Source: a virus
Length of the DNA stretch: 64,000 nucleotides
Strand: one strand, 5' to 3'
IMG/VR virus record: IMGVR_UViG_3300045988_105796
Within the stretch, counting starts at the first letter, position 1. Every line of letters starts with the position of its first letter. The translations under genes were made by a program, and so were the position numbers. Of this stretch, positions 63,985 through 64,000 are shown in pieces. The notes under the pieces were generated by a model. The model saw nothing but the letters and a program-made list of their open reading frames with translations. It did not search any database and was not told the DNA's origin.

Positions 63985-64000
63985 CTAATAAATTTTTAAT

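Noticed and set aside
1-64000. CRISPR arrays, integrase or att sites, diversity-generating retroelement, alternative genetic code
   Set aside because: No regularly spaced direct repeats with unique spacers were seen. No tyrosine or serine recombinase, repressor or reverse-transcriptase motifs appear among the ORFs. Long ORFs are intact under the standard code, so stop-codon reassignment need not be invoked.

Overview
This window reads as most of the genome of an AT-rich tailed dsDNA phage with a contractile tail (myovirus type). No integrase, repressor or other lysogeny genes are visible. About 75 of roughly 80 genes lie on the minus strand, so transcription runs right to left. From 59.3 to 57.1 kb there is a lysis cassette (DUF3380-type muramidase and two small membrane proteins) with a C5-DNA-methyltransferase-like gene at its end. 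From 56.8 to 26.8 kb lies morphogenesis: membrane-anchored protein, TerL, portal, scaffold, decoration-like protein, major capsid, PKD-domain protein, connectors, sheath, tube, chaperone with a -1 frameshift, tape measure, LysM protein, hub, spike, gp25-like, gpJ-like and gpI-like proteins, and a tail-collar fibre. From 25.9 to 2.1 kb lies replication, recombination, nucleotide metabolism and transcription: DnaB-like helicase, primase, SF2 helicase, ThyX-like protein, dUTPase, MazG-like protein, two ThyA-fold paralogues, family-A DNA polymerase, GroES-like protein, gp32-like SSB, RecA-like protein, FEN, dNK-like kinase, SbcCD-like pair, resolvase, NusG-like protein and an HTH protein. The plus-strand exceptions are a sigma-like gene (26.0-26.7 kb) and six small genes (59.5-61.5 kb). 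Four promoters share one bipartite architecture, TTGCAT-N17-TAnnTTTGCA, and a fifth at the right edge shows only the -7 box. This matches the Bacteroidota -33/-7 consensus and, with mostly Shine-Dalgarno-poor leaders, points to a Bacteroidota host. The most interesting items are: (1) a pyrimidine-nucleotide cluster whose ThyA-fold proteins carry Asp at the uracil/cytosine specificity position, suggesting modified cytosine in the DNA; (2) a transcription-takeover set (NusG-like, HTH, sigma-like) on a co-directional gene array that contains intrinsic terminators; (3) two structured non-coding regions (56.8-57.1 kb beside the terminase; 62.7-63.7 kb with an AT-rich tract, a G-rich/C-poor block and iteron-like repeats); (4) an atypical C5-MTase-like gene in the lysis operon. 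Function calls rest on motif reading by eye with no database search. Hand-called coordinates (promoters, hairpins, repeats) were anchored to ORF-track boundaries and may be off by 1-2 nt.
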